From assembly GCA_963793305.1 (NCBI GenBank), contig CAWBZV010000003.1:1248001-1312000 (forward strand): a stretch of DNA of 64,000 nucleotides. Reading direction: 5' to 3'. The notes beneath the pieces are model-generated. The model saw only the letters and a program-made list of their open reading frames with translations. It was not told where the DNA came from and ran no database searches. Of this stretch, positions 10,181 to 21,263 are shown in pieces (the first letter of the stretch is position 1; every line of letters begins with the position of its first letter). Made by a program: the position numbers and the translations under genes. The stretch is from an uncultured Gemmatimonadales bacterium (GTDB lineage: Bacteria; Gemmatimonadota; Gemmatimonadetes; Gemmatimonadales; Gemmatimonadaceae).

Positions 10181-11545
10181 TTGAACGTCGAATTCTCCGG
10201 AGCCGCCCGTGAAGTCACCGGCTCCTGTCACATCGTGCGCGCCGCGGGGCGCACGATCCTGCTCGACTGCGGGATGTTCCAGGGACACCGCCTCGAGGCA
10301 GACGCCAAGAATCACAAGCTCCCGCTGCCCGTGCGTGAGATCGACGCGGTCGTCGTCTCGCACGCGCACCAGGATCATACGGGCCGGCTGCCGTATCTGG
10401 TACACAACGGCTACGCCGGCCCGATTTTCACCACCCCCGCCACGCGCGACCTGTCGACGTATCTCTTGGCCGACAGCGCGAAGATCCAAGAGCAGGACGC
10501 GGCGCATCTCCAACACCAAGGCAAGACCGCGGTCGAGCCGCTGTACAATGCCGATGATGCCAAGCGCGTGATCGACAAGATGCAGACGCGCGACCTCGAT
10601 CAGTGGTTCGACGTGGTCCCGGGCATTCGCGCGAAATACACGGAAGCCGGCCACATATTGGGCTCGGCCTCGATCACCATCGAAGCTGACGGTCAGCGCC
10701 TGCTATTCTCGGGCGATGTCGGCCGCTGGGGCCTCGCGATCATTCGTGACCCGCAACCGCCGACCGACGACGTCAATCTCGTGATCATGGAGTCGACCTA
10801 CGGCAATCGCGATCACGACAGTGTGGCGCACGCCCAAGAGCGCTTGGGCCAGATCGTCGCCGCCACCGCCAAGCGGGGCGGCCGCGTGATGATCCCGGCC
10901 TTCGCCCTCGGCCGAGCCCAGGAGATTATCTACGATCTGCACGAGCTCACGCTGGCGAACAAGATTCCGCACATCCCGATCGTGATCGACAGTCCGCTCG
11001 CGAGCCACCTCACGACGGTCTTCGAGAAGCATCCCGAGCTCTATGACAAGAGCGAGAAGATGGTGCAAGATGGCCAGGATCTCTTCCGCTTCGATGGCTT
11101 GCGTTTTACCGACAGCGTCGAAGAGTCGAAGAAGCTCAATACGCAAACCGTGCCCTGCGTTATCATCGCGGGCTCGGGGATGGCGGAATCAGGTCGCATT
11201 CTGCACCATCTCCTGCACGGCGCGTCCGATCCGCGCAACACGATCGTGATCGTCGGATTCCAGGCCGATGGCACCCTCGGCCGCCGGATCGTGGAGCGCC
11301 AGTCCACGCTCAAGATCTTCGACGACAGAGTTCCGTTGAGAGCCGAGGTCGAAGTGTTGAATGGCTATAGCGCCCACGCCGACCGCACGGAGTTGCAGCG
11401 CTGGCTCGAAGGCACCAAGACCAAGGCTCCGGTCTGCCTCGTCCACGGCGAGCCGGATGCCCAGACTGCACTGATCGGCCAGCTCTCGGCGCGCGGCTAC
11501 AAGGTGACCGCGCCGGCTCCTGGGGACAAAGTCACTCTGACTTGA
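10181..11545 (+). CDS. MBL-fold metallo-hydrolase, beta-CASP ribonuclease type
   Basis: SHAHQDH, AGHILGS, MESTYG, GRAQE, SAHAD, VHGE. Confidence 0.93.
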   Translation: MNVEFSGAAREVTGSCHIVRAAGRTILLDCGMFQGHRLEADAKNHKLPLPVREIDAVVVSHAHQDHTGRLPYLVHNGYAGPIFTTPATRDLSTYLLADSAKIQEQDAAHLQHQGKTAVEPLYNADDAKRVIDKMQTRDLDQWFDVVPGIRAKYTEAGHILGSASITIEADGQRLLFSGDVGRWGLAIIRDPQPPTDDVNLVIMESTYGNRDHDSVAHAQERLGQIVAATAKRGGRVMIPAFALGRAQEIIYDLHELTLANKIPHIPIVIDSPLASHLTTVFEKHPELYDKSEKMVQDGQDLFRFDGLRFTDSVEESKKLNTQTVPCVIIAGSGMAESGRILHHLLHGASDPRNTIVIVGFQADGTLGRRIVERQSTLKIFDDRVPLRAEVEVLNGYSAHADRTELQRWLEGTKTKAPVCLVHGEPDAQTALIGQLSARGYKVTAPAPGDKVTLT

Positions 11546-13901
11546 TCGCCACGACCGGATCGATGTGACTGGCGCGCCACGCCGGGAGCCAGGTCGCCGC
11601 GAGCGTCGCGAGGCCCACGAGCACGCAGGTCACGCCGAGCGTGAGCAAGTCGGTGGTGCCCACGCCGAACAACAGTCCCTGAAGCAGTCTCGTGGCCGCC
11701 AGTGACCCAACGAGACCGATGACTACGCCGATGGTACCGATCGCGACGCCGTCCTTGATGACGAGCCCCAGCACCTGTTCCGCCCGCGCGCCAAGTGCCA
11801 TACGCACGCCGATCTCTCGCGTCCGCGCTCCCACTGAGTACGCGATCACGCCGTAGAGGCCGACGACGGCCATCGTGATGGCCACCGTCGCGAAGATCTC
11901 GAGCAGGAGCATCACGAAGCGCGACCGCGAGACGGCCTCGTCGGCCAGGTGGGCCATGGTGCTTGGATGGTACAGCGGGACATTGGGATCGAGCGCCTCG
12001 AGGGCCGCTCGCATCGGCGCGATCGACGGCGATGCCGTGGACGCAACGATGCTCCAGTAATCCACCGGAAACTGCGCGTGCGCGAGATAGATCATGGGTG
12101 GCACTGGTGTCGTGAGATCCGTCTGCTCGTGCGTGTTGCCCACGACTCCAACGATCGTGCCGCCGGCGCGATCACTGCCGATGCCGAGGTTCGTGCCGAC
12201 TGTGATGGAATGGCCGATAGGGCCCTTCCCGGGCGCGATGAGTTTCGCCGCGGCCTCGTTCACGACGGCTACGGGCTGCGTCTCCAATCGGTCCGCGTCG
12301 GTGAACCAGCGCCCGGACACGAGGGGGATGCCCATCGTCGCGAAATACCCAGGCGTCGCCACGCGCAGTTGCGTCGACAGACGGTCCTGTTCGTCCTCGG
12401 CCAGGTGGACGCCGTCGAGCGCGTATGCCGACATGCTGTAGCCATATCCGCTGAGCGGCAGCCCCGTTGTCGCACCGACGCTGCGCACCCCCGGAAGCGC
12501 GCGCAGATTATTCGTCAGCGCCACAAGCAATGCGGCGCGTTTCTCCCGCGACTCGTACCGCGCGTCCGGCAATGCCACGTCGAACGTCACGCGATTGTCC
12601 GTCTGAAACCCGAGATCGACCGACCGAAGCGCGGCGAAGGTCCGGAGCAAGAGGCCGGCGCTCGTCAACAAAACGACGGCGAGCGCCAACTCGGCGATCG
12701 CCAGCACGCGCTTGGCCCGTTGCACGTCGCGGCGCGGCTGGATCTGGAGCGTCGGCAGGAGCCCGGCGGCGAGCCCGGCGCCGAGGCTCAAGACGAGGGA
12801 GACGAGGAGCACGCGCGTGTCGAGGGTCGCGCCAGCGATGTTGCTCTTGTCGTCCGGCCGAATCGCGATGAGCGCTCGAACGCCCCACCCGGCGAGGCCC
12901 ACTCCCGCCGCACCGCCGAGCAGCGCGAGCAGCACGGCGTCGGCGATGGACGCCCGCATGAGATCACCGCGCGAGGCACCGAGCGCGGAGCGGATCGCCA
13001 TCTCGCGCTGCCTCGTCACGGCGCGAGCCAGGAGCAGGTTCGCGACGTTGGTACAGGCGATGAGGAGTACGACGCCGACCGCTGCCCACAGCACGAGGAG
13101 TGCGGGCCCCGTCGGGCCGACGATGTCCTGGCGGAGCGACACGACCTGGCCGCCGCGGTCCGTGTCCTTCGTCGGGAACGTCCGCGCGAGCCGCGTCCAG
13201 ATCGTCTGCATCTCCGCCCTCGCGCCGTCGAGCGTCGCGCCGGGACGGAGTCGGGCGATCACCGTCAGATAGTGCGCGCCGCGCTGCGTCGCGAGGTCAT
13301 GCGACGTGAACGGTTGTGGAGTCCAGAGCGCTTCGCCGGCGGGATAGTCGAAATTGGGCGGCATCACGCCAATGACCGTATAGGGTACGGCATCGAGCAG
13401 GATCGATCGACCGACGACTCCTGAGTCGGCGCCGAACCGCCGGCGCCAGAGACCATCCGAAAGCACGACGACGTGGACGCCGGGAACCTCGTCATCTGCG
13501 CTGAATGTGCGTCCCAACGTCGGCGTACGGCGAAGCACCCGGAAGAAGTCTTGCGTGACGCCCACCGCGTCCAGCTCCTCGGCGGGCCCGTTGCCGGTGA
13601 GTGCATACGAGCCCTCGGCGTACGCGCCCATCCCGTCGAACACCGTATTGTCCGCTCGCCAGTCGAAGAAGTCGGGTGGCGAGACGCTGGAATGGCCTTT
13701 CGTCGACGGACTGTAGACGCGGACGATGCGATCGGCCGTCGGATAAGGCAGTGGCTTGATGAGCGCGGCGTCGACCACGCTGAAGATCGATGTGTTCGCG
13801 CCGATGCCGAGCGCCAGAGTGGTCACGGCGACCAGCGCGAATCCCGGTGACCGAATGAGGCGCCGGATGCTCAGACGCAGGTCGTTCGCGAGCAGGCTCA
13901 T
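11532..13901 (-). CDS. ADOP/MacB-like duplicated ABC permease
   Basis: LALGIGANTSIFS, CTNVANLLLAR, REIGVRMALGA; two MacB/FtsX repeats. Confidence 0.92.
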   Translation of the reverse strand: MSLLANDLRLSIRRLIRSPGFALVAVTTLALGIGANTSIFSVVDAALIKPLPYPTADRIVRVYSPSTKGHSSVSPPDFFDWRADNTVFDGMGAYAEGSYALTGNGPAEELDAVGVTQDFFRVLRRTPTLGRTFSADDEVPGVHVVVLSDGLWRRRFGADSGVVGRSILLDAVPYTVIGVMPPNFDYPAGEALWTPQPFTSHDLATQRGAHYLTVIARLRPGATLDGARAEMQTIWTRLARTFPTKDTDRGGQVVSLRQDIVGPTGPALLVLWAAVGVVLLIACTNVANLLLARAVTRQREMAIRSALGASRGDLMRASIADAVLLALLGGAAGVGLAGWGVRALIAIRPDDKSNIAGATLDTRVLLVSLVLSLGAGLAAGLLPTLQIQPRRDVQRAKRVLAIAELALAVVLLTSAGLLLRTFAALRSVDLGFQTDNRVTFDVALPDARYESREKRAALLVALTNNLRALPGVRSVGATTGLPLSGYGYSMSAYALDGVHLAEDEQDRLSTQLRVATPGYFATMGIPLVSGRWFTDADRLETQPVAVVNEAAAKLIAPGKGPIGHSITVGTNLGIGSDRAGGTIVGVVGNTHEQTDLTTPVPPMIYLAHAQFPVDYWSIVASTASPSIAPMRAALEALDPNVPLYHPSTMAHLADEAVSRSRFVMLLLEIFATVAITMAVVGLYGVIAYSVGARTREIGVRMALGARAEQVLGLVIKDGVAIGTIGVVIGLVGSLAATRLLQGLLFGVGTTDLLTLGVTCVLVGLATLAATWLPAWRASHIDPVVAIKSE

Positions 13902-13915
13902 GCCAGTCGGTACTG

Positions 13916-13930
13916 ACAAGCGCCGTGCCA
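13916..13930 (-). promoter_or_regulatory. Sigma54 -24/-12 promoter of the ABC permease
   Basis: Minus strand TGGCACGGCGCTTGT, 14 nt before ATG; imperfect palindrome GTCCCGAACGCGGACA at 13992-14007 as candidate enhancer. Confidence 0.65.
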
Positions 13931-14017
13931 TTCGTATCGCATTGTGCCGTAACGCCTTGGCATTGCGGGTCGTTCGTGTGCGGGAACCCGAGTCCCGAAC
14001 GCGGACATATTTCGGGC

Positions 14018-14500
14018 ATGACGACAGATAGCCAGCTAAGAGCCCACCTGCACGAGTTGATCCGTGGCGGGCACGCACACGTGACGTTCGACGATGCCGT
14101 CGCCGGGTTGCCCGCGTCTCTCCGCGGCACGCGACCAGAGTCGCTCCCGTACTCGCCCTGGGAGCTGGTCGAGCACATCAGGATCGCGCAGCGCGATATC
14201 CTGGACTACGCCATTGCCCGGAGTAAGGCCGACTACAAAGAGCTCCCATGGCCCAAGGGCTATTGGCCCGAGACTCCGGCGCCGTCGAGCGCAAAAGCGT
14301 GGGATGACTCGATTGCCGCCGTCCGCGCGGACCGCGAAGAGATGGAGAGCCTGGTGAAAGACGGTGATCTATTCGCCAAGCTCCCGGCCGCGACCGAGGG
14401 CCACACGCTCTTGCGACAGGCTCTCTTGCTCGCCGACCACAATGCCTATCACATCGGCGAGCTGGTCGCGGTCCGCAGATTATTGGGTGCCTGGCGTTAG
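14018..14500 (+). CDS. DinB family protein
   Basis: WELVEHIRIAQRDIL and DHNAYHIGE histidine motifs. Confidence 0.88.
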   Translation: MTTDSQLRAHLHELIRGGHAHVTFDDAVAGLPASLRGTRPESLPYSPWELVEHIRIAQRDILDYAIARSKADYKELPWPKGYWPETPAPSSAKAWDDSIAAVRADREEMESLVKDGDLFAKLPAATEGHTLLRQALLLADHNAYHIGELVAVRRLLGAWR

Positions 14501-15441
14501 GGCGCCAATACCACGGCCGTTAGGACCCAAGCCTTACGGTCCGTGGGAGTTTGGTCATAGTAGAAGCCATACACTTTGTGCGTTTTGGGATCGACGGCCA
14601 CCGATCGCGCCCCGCCCCCGGTCTTGATCGTGCCGAGGACGCTGTACGTATCCGGCGAGTCCTCGTGCACGATCACGAGCGTCGAGTCGTTTCGATTGGC
14701 GTTGAACGCAATCTGCGTTTTCTCGTCAAAGGCATCTTCGTCCGCGTGCCCCGCCACGGGAATGCGTTGCACGACGGTCCCCTTGCGAGCATCGACAATC
14801 ACGAACTCTTTGTCGCAGCCCAGGAAGAGCCGGTCATGCGCGAGGTCGTACGACAGCCCTTGCGCGGCTTTGCAGTCGGGAATCGGATACCGCTCGACGA
14901 CCTTGAGTGATCGGGCGTCGACCTTCGTCACGATCGACGAATCTTCGCGATTGATGTAGAGCATGCCTTTGCCGTCCGCGACCCCGGACTCGAGGGCATT
15001 GGCGAAGTGCTCGCGGCCGACGACCTGGCCGGTCTTCATGTCGACGACCGTGACGGTATCGAGCAGCATGAACGCGCGATGCGTCGCGGGATCGTAGAGC
15101 ATGGCGTCGCCTCTGCCGGCGACCGTTCCGAGGACCTTGCCGGTCGAGATCTCGAACCAGGTGCCATTTCTCGCGAGACCGCGATCGAGATCCGGCGCGA
15201 GGGCATAGCCACCGGCGGATTTCCCGGGGATCGAATCGACGACTTGATCCTTGTCGATGTCGATGACGGTATTCCCGAGACCATACAGTCGACGGTGCTC
15301 GGGATCGAGCGCGATGAAGTCGGCGGTGTAGCCAGAGCCGACGGGACCAACGGCGATGCGGCTGACGACGTGATAGTTCGGGCTCTGCGCCGCGGCCGTC
15401 GCGGCGAGGCAGAGGGCGGCGGAGATCGGGAGTCGTTTCAT
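14497..15441 (-). CDS. Secreted YncE-like beta-propeller protein
   Basis: Signal peptide; YDPATHR, DLAHDRLFLGC, ARSVAVDPKTHKVY repeats. Confidence 0.85.
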   Translation of the reverse strand: MKRLPISAALCLAATAAAQSPNYHVVSRIAVGPVGSGYTADFIALDPEHRRLYGLGNTVIDIDKDQVVDSIPGKSAGGYALAPDLDRGLARNGTWFEISTGKVLGTVAGRGDAMLYDPATHRAFMLLDTVTVVDMKTGQVVGREHFANALESGVADGKGMLYINREDSSIVTKVDARSLKVVERYPIPDCKAAQGLSYDLAHDRLFLGCDKEFVIVDARKGTVVQRIPVAGHADEDAFDEKTQIAFNANRNDSTLVIVHEDSPDTYSVLGTIKTGGGARSVAVDPKTHKVYGFYYDQTPTDRKAWVLTAVVLAP

Positions 15442-15484
15442 GCCCAACAACCTGTCATCCCCCAGCCACCAATCGGGAGAGACG

Positions 15485-15943
15485 CTACGCGCTGAATTGT
15501 CTCAAATGATGATCGGTGTGGAGATACGCCCAGCGCTTCCACTCCAACTCGTTCATGGCGCCGAAGAGGGGATGCCGTGGCCACGGCAGGTTTCCATCTC
15601 GCGCGCCGAACTCTTCGACGCGCAGTACCAACTTCGCCACGTCAGACACGAACTCACCGGGCCGTCCGCCCTTGCGCCGGACATCCATCTCCGGCCGGGT
15701 CTTCACGCCGGGCGGCCAACGCATCGGCGCGTAGAGCGCGATGGGCTTGATCAGTGTCCGTCCGAGAAAGCTCTCCGCGGATGACACCGTTCGCAGACCG
15801 AGACCGGTCTCGAGGCAGATCAGGCAATGCGTGATCATCTCGGGTGCGGTCATGACGCCGAATCGCGCGACGCTGTCCGGGCGCACTGCGTGCACCCGCG
15901 CGATGATCTCCGCGCGGGTCTCGCTCTGGGACAGTGATTTCAC
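15485..15943 (-). CDS. DUF1569/DinB-like protein
   Basis: HPLFGAM...W...Y.HTDHHLRQF. Confidence 0.85.
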   Translation of the reverse strand: MKSLSQSETRAEIIARVHAVRPDSVARFGVMTAPEMITHCLICLETGLGLRTVSSAESFLGRTLIKPIALYAPMRWPPGVKTRPEMDVRRKGGRPGEFVSDVAKLVLRVEEFGARDGNLPWPRHPLFGAMNELEWKRWAYLHTDHHLRQFSA

Positions 15944-16765
15944 TTAAGATCCGAGTCCGAACAGCACGTGCGGTGATCCACGGTGACCAGCAACCGCGGT
16001 CACCCAGGGGCGCAGCTTTGGCAGTCGCAACGGCTGATTCGCGAACGCCGCGAACGTGTCGTGTGCGGCCGCGTGCAGCAGCACCGCTTCCAACGCCTCG
16101 CCGGCCGCGACCCAATGCGCCGCGTCATCGCCGTAGGTTCCAAGGAGCATCAAAACTGGCGCTTGCCTCACCATTCGCCGCACGGATGCGGCTTCGCTGA
16201 GCGTCGTGCCGTGCCAGTCGTCGCACGCGGGGAAGTCACCAGCACCGGCCGCCCCGACGTGCGCCTCGAACACCAAATCCGCGATCGCTTCCCGATCCGC
16301 CGCTGACGTGATCGGGTGCAGCCATGCGCCGTACACCTGGGCCTCGGTGCGGCACTCGTCGACCAGTCGGTCGGTGATCGTGCCGCCGAGCGATCCATGA
16401 ACCGTGTGCCGGCGATCGATTGCATAGAACATCTCGCGATCGCGCGGCGTCTCGTGCGCGTGCCGGCCGGCCCTGATGCGCGCCACGATCGAGGGGTTTC
16501 GAGGGTCTGGGAGTAACTGGACATCATCCCGGCGACCGAAGTGTCGCAGCGCGATGCGCATGTTGAGCAACGCCGCGCCGCATGACACGATGACTTCGCG
16601 GAGCGCGGCTTCGCCCTGCGCTGGCGCTCGGCCGGCGTCGGCGACCAACTCGAGCTCGTCACCATCTCGGTGAAAATCCCACGGGCGGACATTACAGGGC
16701 GACGGCGCCCGACTCCCATACAACGTCAGGAGATCCAATTCGTGCGCGCTATGGTGAGTTTGCAT
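15944..16765 (-). CDS. Acg-family nitroreductase-like protein (shortened)
   Basis: RAPSPCNVRPW, SCGAALLNMRIA, RRHT, W..AGEALE.VLL.A. Confidence 0.78.
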   Translation of the reverse strand: MQTHHSAHELDLLTLYGSRAPSPCNVRPWDFHRDGDELELVADAGRAPAQGEAALREVIVSCGAALLNMRIALRHFGRRDDVQLLPDPRNPSIVARIRAGRHAHETPRDREMFYAIDRRHTVHGSLGGTITDRLVDECRTEAQVYGAWLHPITSAADREAIADLVFEAHVGAAGAGDFPACDDWHGTTLSEAASVRRMVRQAPVLMLLGTYGDDAAHWVAAGEALEAVLLHAAAHDTFAAFANQPLRLPKLRPWVTAVAGHRGSPHVLFGLGS

Positions 16766-17459
16766 CAGTTCGTTCCTCCTCCATGGGACCGGTATCCTCT
16801 TCCCGCGTATTGCGGTCCCGGGCCCACAAATCGAACGCATCCATTGGGCCAACGGGTGTGATCTGATATCCGGTCGTGCTATCTCCTCGTATGTACACCA
16901 TCTGACCAGAATCGACTGGGAACGTTCGACCCGCGGCGGCGACCTGCGCATGGCCCGACCAGGTCACGAGCCGCGTCGTGTCCCCATTACTCGATACGTC
17001 GATCCGGTACTCGCCGTTCTGCTCGAGGAAAATCGCGGCGTTCGGCGCATCGACTTCGTGTGACTTCGCGGTATCGATGTCGCGGACCCGGTAGTCGATG
17101 GACCCTTGTGGCAGCAGCAGTTGCAGCACGTTGAGCTCGACCCGCACGAGATGGAGCTCCGTCTCGCTCGCCAGACGCACGGCAGTCGAACCGAACTCGA
17201 CTTCGAGATGGCCGACCGAGTCGACCCACAACCGGTCGCCCGAACCCAGGACAACATTCGTGTCCGGAATGGCCCAGGTATCGCCGGCCACCTGCCGGAT
17301 GGAGACGGAGCCCTCGATGAGACTGAGCTCGCCCGTCGGGCTCTCGGTCGTGGCAGGGGGGGTGGAGTCCTCCGGGGGATCGTTCGTCTGCTGGCCGACA
17401 TAGAAGCAGCCCGCGAGCTCCGCGAGACCCGCCAGCGCAACCAACCCCAGACGCCTCAT
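16749..17459 (-). CDS. FecR-domain lipoprotein (N-terminal part of DUF6600-type proteins)
   Basis: Lipobox LAGC; GDRLW, EVDAPNAA, GEYRIDV, DAFDLW. Confidence 0.7.
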   Translation of the reverse strand: MRRLGLVALAGLAELAGCFYVGQQTNDPPEDSTPPATTESPTGELSLIEGSVSIRQVAGDTWAIPDTNVVLGSGDRLWVDSVGHLEVEFGSTAVRLASETELHLVRVELNVLQLLLPQGSIDYRVRDIDTAKSHEVDAPNAAIFLEQNGEYRIDVSSNGDTTRLVTWSGHAQVAAAGRTFPVDSGQMVYIRGDSTTGYQITPVGPMDAFDLWARDRNTREEDTGPMEEERTDANSP

Positions 17460-17487
17460 AGATAGAATTTACACTGTAGTTTTGGCC

Positions 17488-20322
17488 ATGTTGTCGCACG
17501 CCCCCCGATTCGACGCCCAGGCGGCGGCACGGCTCGCCCGCGATCTCTACGGCCTATCGGGCACCGTGCAGTCGCTGACCAGCGAACGCGATCAGAACTT
17601 CCTGCTGGAGACGAGCGCCGGCGAGCGGGTCGTCCTCAAGATCGCGAATGCGCTCGAGGATCCGGCCATGCTCGACGCGCAGCAGCGGGCCATGACCCAC
17701 GTTGGCTCGACGCTCGACCTGGCGCCGCGAGTGATCCCGACCCGACAGGGCTCGACCCTCGGAACCGTCGACGGCCACCTCGTGTGGGCGGTGAGCCACC
17801 GGCCGGGCATCCCCCTCGGCCTCGTTCGCCGTCGGTCACCCGCGTTACTCGAAGCCCTCGGCGCCGAGATCGGCTCGCTCACCAGGGCATTTCGCGGGTT
17901 CGACCATCCGGCCTTGCACCGGGATTTCTACTGGGACCTCGCGCGCGGTCGTTCCCTCGTGGCCCTGTACCGGCCATTGCTCACTCCCGATGTCGGCGCC
18001 ACCGTCGACGTGCTGATGGATCGCTTCGATCGCGAGGCTGCGCCACTCTTGGCCGGGCTGCCCCGAAGCGCGATTCATGGCGATCTCAACGACTTCAACG
18101 TGCTCGTCGACGGCGACCGCGTCACCGGGTTCGTCGACTTTGGTGACATGGTCCATGGCTACACCGTCGGTGACCTCGCGATCGCCGCGGCGTACGCGAT
18201 GCTGGACAGCGCGGACCCGGTCGCCGTCGTCTCGCAGATGGCGCGCGGCTATCAGACGCAATGTCCCTTATCCGAGACAGAGCTCGCCGCATTGTTCCCG
18301 CTCGCGGTGTTGCGCCTCTGTACCTCCGCCTGCGTCGCCGCCCACCAGCAACGCGAGCGGCCCGACAATGCCTACCTCGGCGTGAGCCAGGCTGCGATCC
18401 GGGGTACACTCCCGCGTCTGGCCCGCATCCCGGTCCCAAATCGCAACTCGGCGCGCATCGTCTCCTGGCTCGCGACGCAATCGTTTGCGCCGGTGATGGA
18501 CCTCCCGTCGCGCGAGGTGCTCGATTTGAGCGTCGGCGGTTCCTCAATGGACGGAGTGCGCGCTGGCATCGGGCAATGGGACGAGCCGCGCCTCATCTAC
18601 ACGGCGCCATTCTTCGAAGGGCGAACCATCCATCTCGGCATCGATCTCTTCGCGCCACCAGGCACACCGGTGCACGCGCCGCTGCGCGGCAGCGTGCACG
18701 CCATGGCTGATAATGCGCAGCCCCAAGACTACGGCCCGGTCGTGATCTTGGCGCACCAGACCGACGAGGGCGTCCCATTTTTCACACTGTACGGGCACTT
18801 GAGCCGCGAGACCCTCGGGCGCCTCGAGGTGGGCCAGACGATGGAGCGCGGAGCGCTCATCGGCACCCTTGGCGCCACGGAGGAGAATGGCCAATGGCCA
18901 CCGCATCTTCATCTCCAACTCATCGTCGACCTGCTCGGCATGGGGACCGATTTCCCAGGTGTGGGAACGGCAGCCCAACGCGACGTGTGGCGAAATCTCT
19001 CGCCTGATCCGAGCGTACTCGCGGGCCTCCCGCCCTCGGCGCATGAGCCGGACAAGGCCGAGACGCTGTCGGCGCGCCAGCGACTCGTCGGCCACAACTT
19101 GAGCATCGCCTACGCCGACCCGCTCAAGATCGTCCGCGGTTACAAGCAATACCTTTACGACGACGTCGGCCGCCGATATCTCAATGCTTACAACAACGTC
19201 CCGCACGTCGGCCACGCCCATCCCCGCGTGGTGCGAGCGGCGGCCGAGCAGATGGCCGTGCTCAACACGAACACGCGCTACTTGAGCGACCGGCTGACCG
19301 AGTATGCCGAACGCTTGGTCTCAACGCTGCCGGCGCCGCTCCGCGTGTGCTACATCGTGAACTCGGCCAGCGAAGCCAACGAGCTCGCGCTGCGCCTCAC
19401 TCGCGCGCGCACGGGCCGGCGCGATATGATCGTGCTCGAGGCGGCGTATCACGGGAACACGACGTCGCTTATCGATTTGAGCCCGTACAAGCATCTGGGA
19501 CCCGGCGGGACCGGCACGCCGAGCTGGGTACACATCGCGCCGCTTCCCGACGACTATCGCGGACTATATCGGCGCGATGACCCCGAGTGCGGCCGTAAAT
19601 ACGCTCGGCATGTCGCCGAGCTAGCTGGGTCACATATCGCTGGATTCTTGGCCGAGACATGCCCGAGTGTCGGTGGCCAGATCATGTTGCCACCCAATTT
19701 CCTGAGCGCCGCATATCAGGCAGTGCGAGACTCGGGCGGCGTGTGCATCGCGGACGAAGTCCAAACGGGTCTGGGCCGGATGGGAACGCATTTCTGGGCG
19801 TTCGAGTCCCATGGCGTCGTCCCAGACATCGTTGTCATGGGCAAGCCGCTCGGCAACGGCCACCCGTTAGCCGCGGTCGTCACCACGCGCGAGATCGCCA
19901 ATGCGTTCGACAACGGCATGGAATATTTCTCGACGTTCGGCGGCAACACGGTGTCGTGTGCGGTCGGCTTAGCGGTGCTCGATGTCCTGAGGGATGAGCG
20001 ATTACAGGAACACGCGCTGCATGTCGGTGAGCACATGCTGCGTGCCCTGCGGCCATTCGTCGAGCGCTATCCACTCGTCGGCGATGTGCGCGGCTCCGGG
20101 CTATTTCTCGGCGTCGAGCTCGTGCGCGATCGCGAGACATTGGAGCCGGCGGCAGCCGAGGCGACGACGATCGTCAATCGCATGCGCGAGGACGGAGTCT
20201 TAGTGGGAACGGACGGACCCTATCACAACGTGATCAAGATCCGTCCGCCCATGCCCTTCGATCTGGCGGATGCCGATCGACTCGTCGAGACGCTCGATCG
20301 CATTTTCGCCGACGGAGTCTAG
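17488..20322 (+). CDS. Fusion: APH-like kinase + M23 peptidase-like domain + class III aminotransferase/phospho-lyase
   Basis: [54 protein letters not shown]. Confidence 0.92.
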   Translation: MLSHAPRFDAQAAARLARDLYGLSGTVQSLTSERDQNFLLETSAGERVVLKIANALEDPAMLDAQQRAMTHVGSTLDLAPRVIPTRQGSTLGTVDGHLVWAVSHRPGIPLGLVRRRSPALLEALGAEIGSLTRAFRGFDHPALHRDFYWDLARGRSLVALYRPLLTPDVGATVDVLMDRFDREAAPLLAGLPRSAIHGDLNDFNVLVDGDRVTGFVDFGDMVHGYTVGDLAIAAAYAMLDSADPVAVVSQMARGYQTQCPLSETELAALFPLAVLRLCTSACVAAHQQRERPDNAYLGVSQAAIRGTLPRLARIPVPNRNSARIVSWLATQSFAPVMDLPSREVLDLSVGGSSMDGVRAGIGQWDEPRLIYTAPFFEGRTIHLGIDLFAPPGTPVHAPLRGSVHAMADNAQPQDYGPVVILAHQTDEGVPFFTLYGHLSRETLGRLEVGQTMERGALIGTLGATEENGQWPPHLHLQLIVDLLGMGTDFPGVGTAAQRDVWRNLSPDPSVLAGLPPSAHEPDKAETLSARQRLVGHNLSIAYADPLKIVRGYKQYLYDDVGRRYLNAYNNVPHVGHAHPRVVRAAAEQMAVLNTNTRYLSDRLTEYAERLVSTLPAPLRVCYIVNSASEANELALRLTRARTGRRDMIVLEAAYHGNTTSLIDLSPYKHLGPGGTGTPSWVHIAPLPDDYRGLYRRDDPECGRKYARHVAELAGSHIAGFLAETCPSVGGQIMLPPNFLSAAYQAVRDSGGVCIADEVQTGLGRMGTHFWAFESHGVVPDIVVMGKPLGNGHPLAAVVTTREIANAFDNGMEYFSTFGGNTVSCAVGLAVLDVLRDERLQEHALHVGEHMLRALRPFVERYPLVGDVRGSGLFLGVELVRDRETLEPAAAEATTIVNRMREDGVLVGTDGPYHNVIKIRPPMPFDLADADRLVETLDRIFADGV

Positions 20323-21263
20323 ACCCCGATCGGCTTCGGAAGCTCTAGGAACCAGAGCCCAAAATCGTCTTCTGCCGCCGGTTTCCCCGCCATCACGGGG
20401 TTCATGCCATCCCAGACACCCGTCCAACTGGCTTTGGAGGAGGCGTGGATCAGGTACTTGCCGATGTTCTGCGATGGCTTGATCTCTACCGCGCAGGACA
20501 GCACGACGTGAAAGTCCGCTTTCTTGCCATCGAGCGTGTTCACGGCGTGGTCCCGGCAGACCTCGATCCCGAACGTGAATCCCCCGACCTCGCGGATGCC
20601 GCCTGAGCTGCCGGGCACATACGCGATCTCGGTCGGGCTGCGCCCATCGGTCTCGAAGAAGTCGCATTCTTTGTTGTACGGTGCGAATGCGAGTTGGCCA
20701 TTGAGGAACGCGTAGACGGTGTTATACGCCCGACAGGTGATCGGCGCGGCTTTCGTGTTGACGAGCCGCCACAGGGCGGGCTTGATCTTGGTTCCGCTGT
20801 CGTTCGCGAACCCGTACAAGCGCAGTTCGGTGGCTTGATCGGTCGGAGGCGTCTTGTTGAACTTCACGACGTTGAGCTCCGCCGCGATGAGGTTCTGGTG
20901 ATAGCGGGCCAGCGCTTCTTCGGTGTCGAGCGCCTCGCGCCAGAAGATCGATCCCGCGAAAATCAGAATCTTCGGGTACAGCTTGCTCAGATTTTTGAGT
21001 CCGGCGACGAGGAGATCCTTGTCCCGCGACGTCATGGCGTCGCGCTCGATCACCATGCGCTGTTCCACAAACGTGTACTCGGGAACCGCCACGATAGCCT
21101 CGAAGGCCTTCGTGGCATCGACGTGACCATTGCTCCGCCAGCTGGCGAGGTTGACCTGCATATTCTTGAGGAGGTTGCCGAGCACCCTCAACGGCTCACC
21201 GGCGTTGGTGCCGTACCGGAGATGCGACGGGTAACTCCATAGGTACACGGGTATGGTTGACAT
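20319..21263 (-). CDS. Divergent nitrilase/carbon-nitrogen hydrolase-fold protein
   Basis: Candidate E-K-C triad: VAVPEY, YNKE, GIEVCRDH; TATCAT -10 box 6 nt before ATG. Confidence 0.6.
   Translation of the reverse strand: MSTIPVYLWSYPSHLRYGTNAGEPLRVLGNLLKNMQVNLASWRSNGHVDATKAFEAIVAVPEYTFVEQRMVIERDAMTSRDKDLLVAGLKNLSKLYPKILIFAGSIFWREALDTEEALARYHQNLIAAELNVVKFNKTPPTDQATELRLYGFANDSGTKIKPALWRLVNTKAAPITCRAYNTVYAFLNGQLAFAPYNKECDFFETDGRSPTEIAYVPGSSGGIREVGGFTFGIEVCRDHAVNTLDGKKADFHVVLSCAVEIKPSQNIGKYLIHASSKASWTGVWDGMNPVMAGKPAAEDDFGLWFLELPKPIGV

Noticed and set aside
1457..16765. DosR-like dormancy regulon (PRTase, P-type ATPase, Acg, oxidoreductase)
   Set aside because: Genes are scattered across different units, with no shared upstream motif or regulator seen
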